From: Octopus sinensis | Taxonomy: Eukaryota | Length of the DNA: 64,000 bases | Reading direction: 5' to 3' | Assembly: GCF_006345805.1 (NCBI RefSeq) | Contig: NC_043009.1 | Coordinates: 54,870,001-54,934,000, forward strand | Shown here: positions 12,606 to 25,205 of the stretch, in pieces | Layout: each line of letters begins with the position of its first letter | How positions within the stretch are numbered: the stretch's first letter is position 1 | The notes under the pieces: model-generated | The model's input: only the letters and a program-made list of their open reading frames with translations | What the model was told of the DNA's origin: nothing | Database searches by the model: none | Made by a program: the position numbers and the translations under genes

Positions 12606-13099
12606 TTAAAGTCTGATGCTTATTCTATCAATCTCTTTTGCCAAAACCACTAAGTTATGGAGAACACAAGAAAGGAAGGAAGGAAGAAAGAGAAGTGAGG
12701 AGGGAGGGGAGAGAAGAGAGTAGGAAGAGGAAAGACAGAGAGGATGAAGGAGAGAGAGAGAGAGGAGGAAGAGGAGAGATGAGGAGATGGGCTAGGAGAA
12801 GAGGAAGAGAAAAGAGAGAGGAAGCTGAGAAAGAGATAAGTGGTAGGGAAGGACATAAACACAAGACACACAGAAATACAAACACATACACATGATGGGA
12901 TTCCACACAGTTTCCTTCTACCAAATTCACTTACAAGACATTGATTAGCCCAGGGCTATGGTAGAAGTTTCTTGCCGAAGGTGCCACATAATGGATCTGA
13001 ACCTGAAATCATGTAGCAGCAAAGTAAGCTTCTTAACCACACAGCCGTGCCCATGGCTACTGTAATGATTACATTATCCAAAAGTATTCTCACATTTTC

Positions 13100-13320
13100 A
13101 ACCCTTTAGCATTGAGATTACTTTGTCAAATGTAATGTTTATATATTCACATTATTTTGAATTACTATGCATTATCTTGTAACTTTCAGATTTCAATGCG
13201 ATTGCTTATTTTCGGAATGACATTGTTGGCTAGGTGTGAGAGTCTGGATCTGGCCAGTTTGAACATAAAACAGGAGAAATATTTGGGCAAGATATGGTTG
13301 GTTTAAATACTAACGGGTTA
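13100..13320. mobile_element. TTAA-type MITE, same family as 21852-22071, opposite orientation
   Basis: aaccctttagcatt ... aatactaacgggttaa terminal inverted repeats. Confidence 0.7.
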
Positions 13321-13439
13321 AATACAAACAGTAGGATGTAAATTCTGAGATATTTTGCTATTATTTCTAGCTGGTTGAGTAGCCATGCACTTACTCCCTC
13401 AACTACTTATCTATTCACTGACTGGATTGGAGTGTTACT

Positions 13440-13700
13440 GTCATAGAAAGAAATATTGTGACTATAAACAGTTTGTTTACTACCACCAAAGACAATGTCG
13501 TGGCTACGAAAAGGACTGTTAACTGTCACAGAGACAATGCTGTGGCTATAAACAGTTCATTTAATGTAATCAGAAACAGCATCGTGACCATGAACAGTTT
13601 GTTTACTGTTATCAGAGGTGGTGTTGTAACCATAAACAGTTTTTCTGCAGTCATTGGAGGCAGTGTAGTGACAATAAACAAAACAGTTTAGTGTTATTTG
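13440..13700 (+). repeat. Diverged 42-bp tandem repeat, about 6 units
   Basis: Recurrent gtgactataaacagtttgtttact-like motif at 42-nt spacing; ORF 13458..13691 reads as 14-aa repeats. Confidence 0.75.
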
Positions 13701-13899
13701 AGGCAGTGTTAGAGTCATTCATAACTATAAACAGGACAGGTAACCCTCATTCACTGACTCATCTACCAGGCTGTAAAGAAACAACAGAAGCAGATAATTG
13801 CTAGACTACAATAAAACACTGTCTTTAAATCCTGTCTTTATATGAACAAGCTAGTGAGATATGTATTTTGGGAGATTTATTTGAATCAGAAACACTATC

Positions 13900-14128
13900 T
13901 GTTTCTTTATTACCCACAAGGGGCTAAACATAGAGGGGACAAACAAGGACAGGCAAACAGATTAAGTTGATTACATTGACCCCAGTGCGTAACTGGTACT
14001 TAATTTATCGACCCGGAAAGGATGAAAGGCAAAGTCGACCTTGGCGGAATTTGAACTCAGAACGTAACGCCAGATGAAATACGGCTACACATTTCGCCCG
14101 GCGTGCTAACGGTTCTGCCAGCTCGCAC
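13900..14128 (-). mobile_element. SINE family B copy, near full length and young
   Basis: Reverse complement of gcgagctggcagaaccgttagcacgccgggcgaaatg...gagttcaaattccgccaaggtcgactttgcc...gggtaataaagaaa; internal B-box-like gagttcaaattcc; CpGs retained. Confidence 0.85.
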
Positions 14129-14629
14129 CACCAACAAAAACAACACTTTAACGTTCACAAGGGCCAGACAGAATCTGTTTGGTAGATCTACAGCCAGATG
14201 CCCTTCTGGTCACCAACCTTCATCCGTTTCCTATTAAGGTAATATTTTCCAATGATCAGACAGATTTGTATGGAAGATCGAAAACAAAGAACAGCACTTG
14301 TATGATGAAAGAGAAGAATAAGTAGTGAGCTTTGTTGTACACCTTTCTTCCACCAGGATCTTTTACATGAACAAATTGCCTTAATCTCGACTCTACTCTC
14401 ACCTTCTTTTATGTTTCTCTGAATAATTCTTGAGACAATCAATTTCTTTGATATCAACAAATACAAAGTGAGGTTGTTTGTTCAGTATTCTTTGCAAATT
14501 ACTGAATTAGCAGCAATTATGGATCCATATTCTAGAACAAACTCAAACTACAATCTATCTCAATAGCATCCAGTACTAGCTTGTCGATGGTTCACTACGC
14601 CATAACACCTTGATTGTTCTGCTTACGTG

Positions 14630-14945
14630 AAAGAAAGAAAGAAAGGAAGGAAGGAAGGAAGGAAAGGAAGGAAGGAAGGAAGGAAGGAAAGAAAGAAAAA
14701 AAGAAAAAAGGAAGAGAGAGCGAGAGAAAGAGAAAGAGAGAAAGAGAGAATGAGAGAGAGAGAGAGAGAAAGAAAAAAAGAGAGAGAAGTGAGGAGGGAG
14801 AGGAGAGAAGAGAGTAAGAAGAGGAAAGACAGGGAGAGGAGGCAGGAGAGAGATAGTTGGAGAGGAGGAAGAAAAGAGATGAGGAAAGGAGCTAGGAGAA
14901 GAGGAAGAGAAAAGAGAGAGGAAGCTGAGAAAGAGACAGACTGAC
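14630..14945 (+). repeat. Polypurine tract (GAAA/GAAG/GA)n
   Basis: Directly visible; its 3' half is similar to 12690-12840. Confidence 0.9.
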
Positions 14946-14978
14946 AGAAACAAAAACTCTGTGTGTGTGTGTGTGTGT

Positions 14979-15030
<52 letters not shown>

Positions 15031-15189
15031 AATAGTATGAGCATGACTGTTTTATATGTGCATATGTGCATACAAGTGTGCATGCATCTACTTCTGTACA
15101 TATGCGTCTATGCACTCGTGCACCTGTAATCATACGAGAGAGAGAGAGAGAGTTTGAGTGTGAGTAAAAATCAGAGGAAATTAACTCAC

Positions 15190-15352
15190 CTGGCTGTGAA
15201 AGTTTAAGAAGAGATGTATAAACATCTTGACAGTCTCTTTCACGTGGGACGATAAATGTGATGGCCATAAAGTTTTTGTATTTGATGTAAAGTGGGCTCC
15301 CCGCTGTCGTTATAGGATGTTTCTCTACACTTCCTATGTACATGTGAAGGAT
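15190..15352 (-). CDS. MTMR6: MTMR6/7/8-like internal coding exon (PH-GRAM domain; probable coding exon 3)
   Basis: Minus strand ttttcag|ATC...CCA G|gtgagt; 163 nt, phase 0-1. Encodes ILHMYIGSVEKHPITTAGSPLYIKYKNFMAITFIVPRERDCQDVYTSLLKLSQP, matching ILHHHIASVEK...KNF...FIVPRERDCHDIYNSLLQLS. In frame with the previous exon. Confidence 0.95.
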
Positions 15353-16490
15353 CTGAAAAAAAAAACAAGAAAAACATCATTACTAATGATGATGATGATA
15401 ATAATAATAAGTGTATTGCACACATCCTATGCAGAACACTTTCCATACAATAACCATCAGAGCATCACAACAAATTACAGCACATACCCAAGGCACACAG
15501 AGCTGCGCTCGGTAGTGAAGTGAAAGCACGCTATAAAAATAAAACTACTGAATAATAATAATAATAATGATAATAATAATACTGATGATGATGATAAGAA
15601 TATATGATTACAAACAGTAGTGATGATGATAACAAAATTACAGTAGTAATACTAACAATCATAAGAATAAAAAGTACTAAAAGCAATGATGATGATGACA
15701 GTAATAGTGGTGGTGATGGTGAAGATGATGACAACAACAGTGATAATACTAACAATGATAAAAATATAAGATTCTATTAGCAATGATAATGATGATGATG
15801 ATGGTTGTGATAGTGATGGTGAAGATGATGATGATGGTGATGACAATGATGATGGTAATGGTGGTGGTAAGGATGATGTTGATGGTGATGACGATATTCA
15901 CAACACAAATATTTCTTACATGATTATTAAACATTTCCTTGTGACCTTATTATTACACATACAGGCTTAAAAGCATTTCCATTGAGCAAATTGTAGTTAT
16001 TGATAAAAAAAATTTTAATTAGAGAGTTTTTTGTTTTAGCATACAACTTATATAATAACTCATCCAGAATGACTGAATATACCTATTCAGTTTTAGTTAT
16101 GTATTTGTCAATACATAACTAAAACCCCTGGACTAACACAACAGAGAAAACATTACAACCAGGCAGCACCATCCACACGTACTACATATCTTCTATTTTG
16201 CTGTGGGACAGCCATGTATCTCTTCAATATCAAGACTCCTGTGCTCGTTCCGCTATCATGCTTTAATCCTCCAACACCTGGCATAAAGCCACCTCCTCCT
16301 GTCTTAAATATCCTTGTCACCTTGTAAGCAACAAAAAACACTCAATACACACTATAAAATGATTGGCATTAGGAAGGTATCCAGCTATAGGAACTGCGCA
16401 GAAGCAAGCATTGGAGCTTGAAGAAGTCCTGCTGCTCACTGGACCCTGTCAAACCATTCAACCCATGCTAGTACAGGAAACAGATATTAA

Positions 16491-16710
16491 CCCTTTCGTT
16501 ACTGTATTTATTTTGAGATGCTGTGTGTTTCTTTCAATTATTTTAAATATAACAAAGAATTTGGTAAAATAACTTAATTATCATTAAGCTAGTGTTAGGA
16601 ATATAATTGCAACTAAGGTTTGATGGTATATTTTGATGCAAAACTTATGAAAACAAGACATTTGTACTACAGAGCCAGAGCCGGTTTTGGCCGGGTTAGT
16701 AATGAAAGGG
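16491..16710. mobile_element. TTAA-flanked MITE (piggyBac-type, second family)
   Basis: ttaa|ccctttcgttac ... gtaatgaaaggg|ttaa; TTAA duplication at 16487-16490 and 16711-16714. Confidence 0.85.
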
Positions 16711-16734
16711 TTAAATGATGATAATGATGATTAC

Positions 16735-17000
16735 TCCAGTGGCTGTGCGGTGGGTAGCTTGCTTACCAACCACATGGTTCGGAGTTCAGTCCCACTGCAT
16801 GGCACCTTGGGCAAGTGTCTTCCATTATAGCCTTGGGCCAACCAAAGCCTTGTGACTGGATTTGGTAGGCAGAAACTGAAAGAAGCCCATCATATATGTA
16901 TATGTTTGTGTGTCTGTGTTTTTTCCCCCACCATCGCTTGACAACCAAAGTTGGTGTATTTACATCCCCGTAATCTAGCAGTAGACCAAAAGCAAGACAT
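16735..17000 (+). mobile_element. SINE family A copy (3'-truncated)
   Basis: gtggctgtgcggtgggtagcttgcttaccaaccacatggttcggagttcagtcccactgc head and body. Confidence 0.8.
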
Positions 17001-17149
17001 TTGGATAATATCCTTAGTCTCGGTTGGTCAGCTTGGGAATCCATCTGGAAAAAAGGTTGTTTCTGATAGGGCTCTACAGAGGAAATACCAAATGGAAACT
17101 ACTCCAATGACCCTCCCAGAAATAGTGGCTGGCAAAAACGAATGAATGG

Positions 17150-17310
17150 ATGGAAATATATGTTGCATGTCTGTGTAAAGTGCATAAAGAAGTGCCAAGC
17201 TGTAATTGTGGGGGGAACCTGTGGAAGGAGTAGACCCAGAAAGATGTGGGATGAAGTGGTGAGAAAGAATCTTCTGACACTGGGCTTCACTAAGGAAACG
17301 ACAAGGGCAT
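17150..17310 (+). mobile_element. RTE LINE ORF2 C-terminal fragment
   Basis: CIKKCQAVIVGGTCGRSRPRKMWDEVVRKNLLTLGFTKETTR. Confidence 0.8.
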
Positions 17311-18005
17311 TTTATTCTTAAGACTACATTATTTAATGTATCCTCTACTCTTTTTTTAACTTTGGCTCTGTTCAGAGGGGAATTTAGCTGCTTTTTCAAG
17401 CTAGTATAGAAATCAAACAAGCTTTTTCACAATGGTACATCTAACAACTTGATGAAATTTGTAGCAGTATTGGCCATAAAATTTACTATTGTAGAAAAAA
17501 TCTCAGACATTTTGTAGATTTTTGTCTGTATTTTCTAGAAAAATCCTCGTTCATGTCTTAATTAGATCTTGATTAATTATGCATAAGCCAGTTTTGTTGG
17601 AATCAGTAGATAAAGCGTCAATAAATAACTAAACAGTCTGCTTGAAACAAGATTCCATCTTATTATTCAAAACTTACGGCCATAAGAGAAATTTAAAAGA
17701 CTTCTGCTATAGAAAACTGTTCTCATTCAATGTGTAACAGAAGATAAGACTTAAAACGACAACAAAAACATAAACAGTGCTGCCACACACACACACACAC
17801 TTACACATACATGCACAAACAACACTCATGGAAATTCTATATATTTTGAAAATTCTAACATAGTTCGATAGTTTATTGAAAACCATGAAATTATACACAT
17901 TTATGTATTTATAATGCAAGATTCCTGATGTGAAATCATGTGTTGAAATAGATATTGTTATACTTGAGGGTGGTCATATTTTGCCAATTAAACACATGCA
18001 CTATA

Positions 18006-18312
18006 TCTTTATATATAAAATTGAAGTTGTGTGTGTGAGACTCTGTCTCCTCTGATTTAGATTCCTAACTACTCCCACATTTTGCGGTGCAGTTTAACCA
18101 AAAGCGGGTATCTTATAGTCATCATTCATATCGATCCCTTCTGGGTATTAGCGCGCGTCTACGATGAGTCTATGATTTAAAAAAAAATTTACCATCATTT
18201 TTCTGCATTTTTAATGATTTTTGCTCGGGTTATATAAGGGAAGTAACCTTCTAAAAATGCTTATATAGATATTTCCCTTACAAACCCGAGCAACGTCAGG
18301 CGATACTGCTAG
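18006..18312 (+). mobile_element. Non-autonomous Helitron, 307 bp
   Basis: Begins A|TCTTTATATATAAA, ends with a GC-rich subterminal hairpin remnant (cccgagcaacgtcaggc) then CTAG|T. Inserted between A and T as expected for Helitrons. Confidence 0.8.
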
Positions 18313-18340
18313 TATTTTATATTTGGTCTTCACCTCAACT

Positions 18341-18706
18341 TTATTACCTCTACCTTAGCGAAGATGGAGGTATTGTTTGTTTGTTTGTCCATGGACAAGA
18401 TATCTCAAGAACTGCTGGATGGATTTGGATGAAATTTTCAGGGATGTTTGGCCTCATGATTGGCACAAACTAATTAGCTTTTGGAATTGATCCAGTATCA
18501 GACAAGGATTCTGGATTATTTTTTCTGGTTTTTTTTTTTTTAACTTCATTTTTGAGAGCAATCAGGTTCATTTTTAGTATTCTCATTTGTGAAAGCTGTC
18601 AAGTTTATTTCAGATATTCTCATTTTAAAAATCAGCTCTGGTTAATTGTTGAGAGGACGGTGTTGCCTTGGTGGAGGTTTGTGTTCTCTGTGTACTCTTG
18701 CTAGTT
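18341..18706 (+). mobile_element. Helentron-associated (HINE/DINE-1-like) non-autonomous element
   Basis: 5' ttattacctctaccttagcgaagatggagg (subterminal repeat with partial inverted copy), (GTTT)n, ggatggatttggatgaaattttcagg core, 3' ccttggtggaggtttgtgttctctgtgtac stem-loop. Confidence 0.65.
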
Positions 18707-21700
18707 ATTACTTTAGTTTCTTTGTCAAAGCTCTTTTGTCAACCATCTTGTGACTGCATCAGTGACTCTATAGTGCATGTGTTTAATTGATGAAATATGA
18801 CCATTCCCAAATATAACAAATCAAACCTTGTGCCAGAATTAGAATAATAATACCACCACCACTGCTACCACCACAACTACCACCACCACCATCATCATCA
18901 TCATCATTATTATCATCAAGGCAGTGAACTGACAGGATCATTACTGTGCTGGGCAAAATGCTTAGCAGTATTTCTTCGGACTTAACAGTTTGATTTCAAA
19001 TTCTGCCAAAATTAAGCTTTGCTTTTCATCTTTCAAGGGTCAGTGAAATTAGTACCAGTTCAGCACTGGGATTGATGTAATTGACTAGATCCCTCCCCAA
19101 AAATTTCAGGCTTTTATGTCTATAGTAGAAAGGATTTTTATTACTGCTTTCATCTTTTTTTAGAGATTTTCTAACAAACTAATTTGATTATTATTATTAT
19201 TACAATTATTAAGGCAGTAACCTGGCAGAATTGTTAACAAGTTGGATAAAATGCTTGGCGACATTTCTCCTGGCATTTCACATTCTAAGTTCAAATGCTG
19301 CAAGGTCAACTTTACATTTCATCCTTTTGGGGTTGATAAAGACAAGTACTGGGGTTGATGTAACTGACTTCCCTTCCCCCTCAAAATTGTTGGACTTGTG
19401 CCAAAATTAGAAAGGATTATTATCATTATGAAGTAAAAGAAAAGGAAAAAATTTTCCCTAATATCAACACTTTTGTTGCCACATTTCTGTTGAAGTGCAA
19501 TACTGTTTTTTCGATTAATTTTGAAAATAATGAAAAATTTATTGAAATCACTTTGTCAGTGGGTGTTTGGAACATGATTTAACATGAAATTTTGACAGGA
19601 GGTTTTAATTTAGATTGCTTTAAACAGGGAATTCATATCACATAATTAAGAGAAGGCTGAGGCAGGGTGATGTCAAAAGTGTTAAGCCAAAGATTCAATA
19701 TCAGAGAAGCAGTCCCAAAATTCACTGTCTTTTAACAGCTTCTGGACAGTAATTTCCATTCCTTCTTAATGTTTCTCACATGAAACAATTGTTGTATTGC
19801 CATTGTCAGCATCAGCATCATCATCATCATCATTTAATGTCTGTTTTCCATGCTAGCATGGGTTGGACAGCTTGACAGGAGCTGGCAAGCCAGAGGACTG
19901 CACCAAACTCCACTGTCTGTTTTGGGATGGTTTTTACAACTGGATGCCCTCCTAACGCCAACCACTTTACAGAGTGGATTATATATTACATTCTATAAAC
20001 AATAATTAGTGAAGGTACGTGTCACAGTGGTTTGGGTTGTTGCATTAACAATCACAAGATCATGGTTTCAATTTCTGGAGTGAAACATTTTATTTCACAT
20101 TGCTTCAGTTCACTCAGCAGTAAATGAATAACCCTGCGATGGACTGGCATCCCATTTCGAGGAAGTGCTGTGATCTTGGCAACCATGGAAACCAAGTAAT
20201 AAATCCTAGAACTCCAGGGGTTACAGTCACATTTTTACTTTTAAGGAATGATTAGTCATTCATTCAATTAATTGTGTAATCACCCTCTTACATCATGTAA
20301 CCCTTTATGACAGTCACCCATGTCAATGTGAGAGATGAGGCAGTAAGATCAACCTGCAAGAAATAGCAACCAAATCTCCTTTAAATCACATCTTATCATC
20401 TTACACAAGGAATGGATTCATTAAACCATGTAAGCTTAAATATGTCTAAAAAGAACAAGACATTAACAGCTGAAATGTATTTGATTATAGGTCTACTCAA
20501 TCATAGTTAACCTGGAGCTAAACAGCAACATGACAACAATAAATCTTTTAGACTTAGCACTCACAACACTCTAAAGGAAACAGCTGCAAGTTACTGTTCT
20601 GTGTTCCTGGTAAATGTCGACCACAGTTTATGTTTTGTTCCTGACTTCAATTTCCTACTTGAGCTACTTCAGATTTCAAAAGATCAATAAACTGTAAATA
20701 AGTACAACACCAGAGCTACACCATCATCATCATCTTCATCATTAATGTCCATTTTTCCAAACTACCGCGGATCACATGGAATTTGTTGAGGCAGATTCTC
20801 TACTGCTGGATGCCCCACCTGTTGCCAAACCCTCACCTGCTTCAAGGCAAGATAATATTTCCCCCTAGTCAAACATTGCTTATCATTGAAAACTGTAAAC
20901 AAGCAACATTGCTTGTATGACACTGGTACTTGTTTTTGCAACCATCTCATGATGTCCAGACGGATGCAAACATGCAAGGACACGCTTTTAGTTTCTGTCA
21001 AACTAATCCACTTACAAGGCTTTGGTTGGCTTGGAGCTACTGTAGAAGACACTTGCTCAAGTGTCACACAGTAGGATTGGATTGAAGACAACATGGTCAG
21101 GAAGCAAGCTTCTTAATCACACAACCATGCCTATGCGACAAACAAGCATTATATTAACTTGTAGCACTTGGCTCACATCTTTCCTTATGCAAAAAGCTAT
21201 GAGAGACTAGTTTCTCCTCCAAAGAGTGCAAACTGTTAATGAAGAAAAGACTGGGATAAATACCAGTACACACTTTCTTTCATATACACAGCATTTCACA
21301 GAAGCTGATAATCAACCCAAGTCTGTGGCATTTGGAAAAACAAAAGTTGAATAAAACCTATTGAGTGTGCAATATTAAATGTTAACTTATGTAAGGGCAA
21401 TAGCACATATATATACAAGTGAGTTGAAAGAACAGAAGAGTTATTAAAAATATTAGAATATGTATGGAACTGATAGACATTCAGCTTGTCTTGGCAACAG
21501 TATCTTTTGGTGCTGGAAGCATACATACACATATACACATATGCATGTAGAAATACATAGATAGAATGAGAAAGGAGGAGGATGGGGGGAAAGAGAGAAA
21601 TTGGAAGAATGAAAGAGAGAGAGAGGGGAAGGAAGGAGTGAATGAGAGAAATATTGGTTTCAAATTTTGGCACAAGGCCAGCAATTTCAGGAGAGGGGCT

Positions 21701-21851
21701 AAGTTGGTTACATCGACCCCAGGGCTCAACTGTGACTTATTTCATTGACCTCAAAAGGATGAAAAGCAGAATTTGAAATCAAAACAATGACATACGAAAT
21801 GACATTAAGCATTTCGTCCAGCATGCTGATTCTACCAGTTCATGACCTTAA

Positions 21852-22071
21852 CCCTTTAGTATTTAAACCAGCCATATCCGGCCAAAATAGCTAATCTGTT
21901 TTATGTTCAAACTGACCAGATCCAGGCTCTCACACCTACCCTACAATGTTATTCTACATTAGGTAATTACATCATCAACAACATTGAAGATATGAGATAA
22001 TGCATGATTAATTCAAGTCAATGGGAATCAATAGGCATTATGTTTGATTGAATAATCTGAACACTAAAGGG
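21852..22071. mobile_element. TTAA-flanked MITE (piggyBac-type)
   Basis: ttaa|ccctttagtatt ... aacactaaaggg|ttaa, 220 bp. Confidence 0.85.
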
Positions 22072-22196
22072 TTAAATGAGAGAAGCATAAAAAAAACATG
22101 TCATGTTAAATAAGCTTTGAATCAGTAATGCCAAATATGAAGTGCCGAAATGGCTGTGCCAAGACACCATCCCCTGACAGGAATGGCAATATATGT

Positions 22197-22432
22197 CTCT
22201 TTCTTTACTACCCACAAGGGGCTAAACATAGAGGGGACAAACAAGGACAGACAAAGGGATTAAGTCGATTACATCAACCCCAGTGGATAACTGGTACTTA
22301 ATTTATCAACCCCAAAAGGATGAAAGGCAAAGTCGACCTCGGCAGAATTTGAACTCAGAACGTAGCGGCAGACGAAATACCGATAAGCATTTCGCCCGGC
22401 GTGCTAACGATTCTGCCAGCTCGCCGCCTTAA
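22197..22432 (-). mobile_element. SINE family B copy, near full length and young
   Basis: Close match to 13900-14128, ending gccagctcgccgccttaa. Confidence 0.85.
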
Positions 22433-23224
22433 ATGGCAATATATGGTTTGGTTGTATATCAGACCCATGGAAAAACAGGCCCGTCAAAATGCTCCCACTC
22501 TAAATATACAATATACAAACCATCGTTACTACACCAAGAATACTTTCACCCAGCCCACTTGCATCCCGTTCGTGTATATTGAGTGGATAAAAAGAAATGA
22601 ATGAATGAAGATTACACAGTAATAGCTATTACTTAAAACTGGCAGAGAAGACATTTATTGTCAGAATAATTCTCCAAAGACATTACCATTCACTGCCATA
22701 ATAATAATAATAACCATATATTTCTATTCATTTAACATGAAAAAGACAAACAAAGAATGAATGCAGTAACAAGAGGTTATAGAGAGATAAAAAGCATTGA
22801 AACAAATATTTAATTACACAAGAATTTTAAAATAAAAACACATACACAAACACAAAACAAAGCAAAGAACAAACAAATGATTAATCCCACTTGAAACAAT
22901 TCATTGCTTGTTTTTCATGTTCTTCAGAATTTTTTTTATTGCCTAATCATTTTCTTTTCTTTTTTTCCACTTTTTACTTTTGTCAATTGTAATTGTGAAA
23001 ATTTTCAGAAAAAAAAAAAAAACTGCAACTGTCAATAAACTAAAACTCTAAAAACCAAAAGCTTAATTCCAGTTGAATAGCGTTCTATTTGAATAGAGAG
23101 AGCAATACTTCAAAACTAAATTCAAGACATAATGACTTGCCAACAGACAAGGAGACTGAATGGAAAATTCTTGGCTGTCTTAAGTACATTACTTATTTTA
23201 CAATAAAGCTTTCTTAGATGTAGA

Positions 23225-23272
<48 letters not shown>

Positions 23273-23744
23273 CATCATCATTATCATCATCGTTATCTTT
23301 ATTATAAAGTGTTGAGTTGGTAGAATTGTTAGCATGTCACACACGTTACTTAACAATGTTTTGTCTGTTTTTATGTTCTGAGTTCAAATTCCACCTAGAT
23401 CAACTTAGCCTTTCATGCTTTAGGGGGTTGATAAAATAAGCACCAGTTGAGCACTAGGGGTCAATGTAATCAACTTAGCCCCTCCCAATGAAATTGCTGG
23501 CCTTATGCCAAAATTTGAAACCATTATTAATATTATTATTACCATCAGCGTCCATGATTACTTTCATTATAAAGGTGTCGAGCTGGTAGAATCATTAGCT
23601 TGCCACACAAAATGCTTAGTAAATGAGGAGTAAATAGAAAAGCAAATGACATATGTGGAGGCGCAATGGCCCAGTAGTTAGGGCAGTTTACCTTCACTTT
23701 TTTTTTTAGTTCCTTTGCTGGGTTTCACATTGTTTTGTGATATT

Positions 23745-24135
23745 CTTTTATTCTTTTATTTGTTTCAGTCATTTGACTATGGCCATGCTGGAGCACTGCC
23801 TTAAAGGGTTTTTGTCAAAGAAATCAACCCCAGGACTTACTCTTTGTGAGCCTAGCACTTGTTCTATCGGATGGTTTTGCCGAACTGCTAAGTTACAGAG
23901 ACGTAAACACGTCAGCATCAGTTGTCAAGTGATGGCAGGAAGACAAATACAGATATGCACACACACAAATATATACATATATATGATGGGCTTCTTTCAG
24001 TTTCTGTCTACCAAATCTACTCACAAGGCATTGATTGGCCCAAGATTATAGCAGAAGACACTTACTCAAAGTGTCATGCAGTGGAACTGAACCCAGAACT
24101 ATGTGGTTGGGAAACAAGCTTCTTACCACACAGTC
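23745..24135 (-). mobile_element. SINE family A copy
   Basis: ttgtttcagtcatttgactatggccatgctggagcactgcc ... ttcttaccacacagtc. Confidence 0.8.
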
Positions 24136-24765
24136 ACACACACATATGACTGGCTTTCAAATCTACCAAATCCCATTCATAAGGCAATTGGTCAATCAGA
24201 TGTGACAGAAGACACTTGTCTATGGTGCCCCACATTGAAATTGAACCTAGAGTCAAACAGTTGTATAGTGAACTACTATTAATTTTATAGCATTTTGTAA
24301 ATCATACTTAACATGGATACATTGCAGAAAGCCACACAACTGGTATTTGTCACAAGAAAACATCATGTAGAGCAGTTTTGTGGCTATCTACAGAATATAT
24401 CCACATTAAGTAAGATACACAAAATGCTATTTTGAACAAATACTGCTTTGGCTGCTCATAACAAATTATTAATTTTCTGTTCATATATATGCATTTCTTT
24501 TATGCATATTTCATTAAATACATGACTGTGTTCAAGTTTTATCTTTTTTATATTTTCTTGCTAGTTTGTTTGTTTGTTTGTTTTACAGTTGCTTAGGAAC
24601 AGTAGAATTCCTAAATCCATATTTAATGTTTCTGGATCTTCATGACCTCATTATAAAGAATTGAGTTGAATAGATTTGATGCTTGCTTTATTGAAAATTA
24701 AGTCTCAATGAAGACAGTCAGTATAAAAGTAACAACACAAAGGCCAAATATATTCAAGCCATCAT

Positions 24766-25205
24766 CATCATCATCATCATCGTTTAACGTCCATTTTCCG
24801 TGCTAGCATGGGTTGGACGGTTCGACCGGGGTCTGGGAAGCCAGGAGGCTGCACCAGGCTCCAGTCTGATCTGGCAGTGTTTCTACAGCTGGATGCCCTT
24901 CCTAATGCCAACCACTCCGTGAGTGTAGTGGGAGCTTTTTATGTGCCACCGGCACAGAAGCCAGTCAAAGCAGCGCTGACATCGGCCACGTTCGGATGGT
25001 GCTTTTTACGTGCCACCGGCACAGGTATCACAACTACAATTTCCATTTGATATTTATTTTGATGTTGATGTACTTGACTCAATAGGTCTCTTCAAGCACA
25101 GCAGGTCACCCTACGATCCAAGGTAAGCACAGCAGGTCGTTCTGCAATCCAAGGTACTTTGGATGGGCTGGGGCTATGCGAAACTGGTGCAGGAAACAGC
25201 CATGA
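24766..25205 (-). mobile_element. RTE-tailed element (family C) with (CAT)n tail
   Basis: catcatcatcgtttaacgtccattttccgtgctagcatgggttggacgg..., internal gtgccaccggcac repeats. Confidence 0.8.

Noticed and set aside
14576-15343. 255-aa ORF as a complete gene
   Set aside because: Only the part within 15190-15352 is a real exon; the rest is read-through into intronic (CA)n and polypyrimidine sequence past a gtgagt donor.
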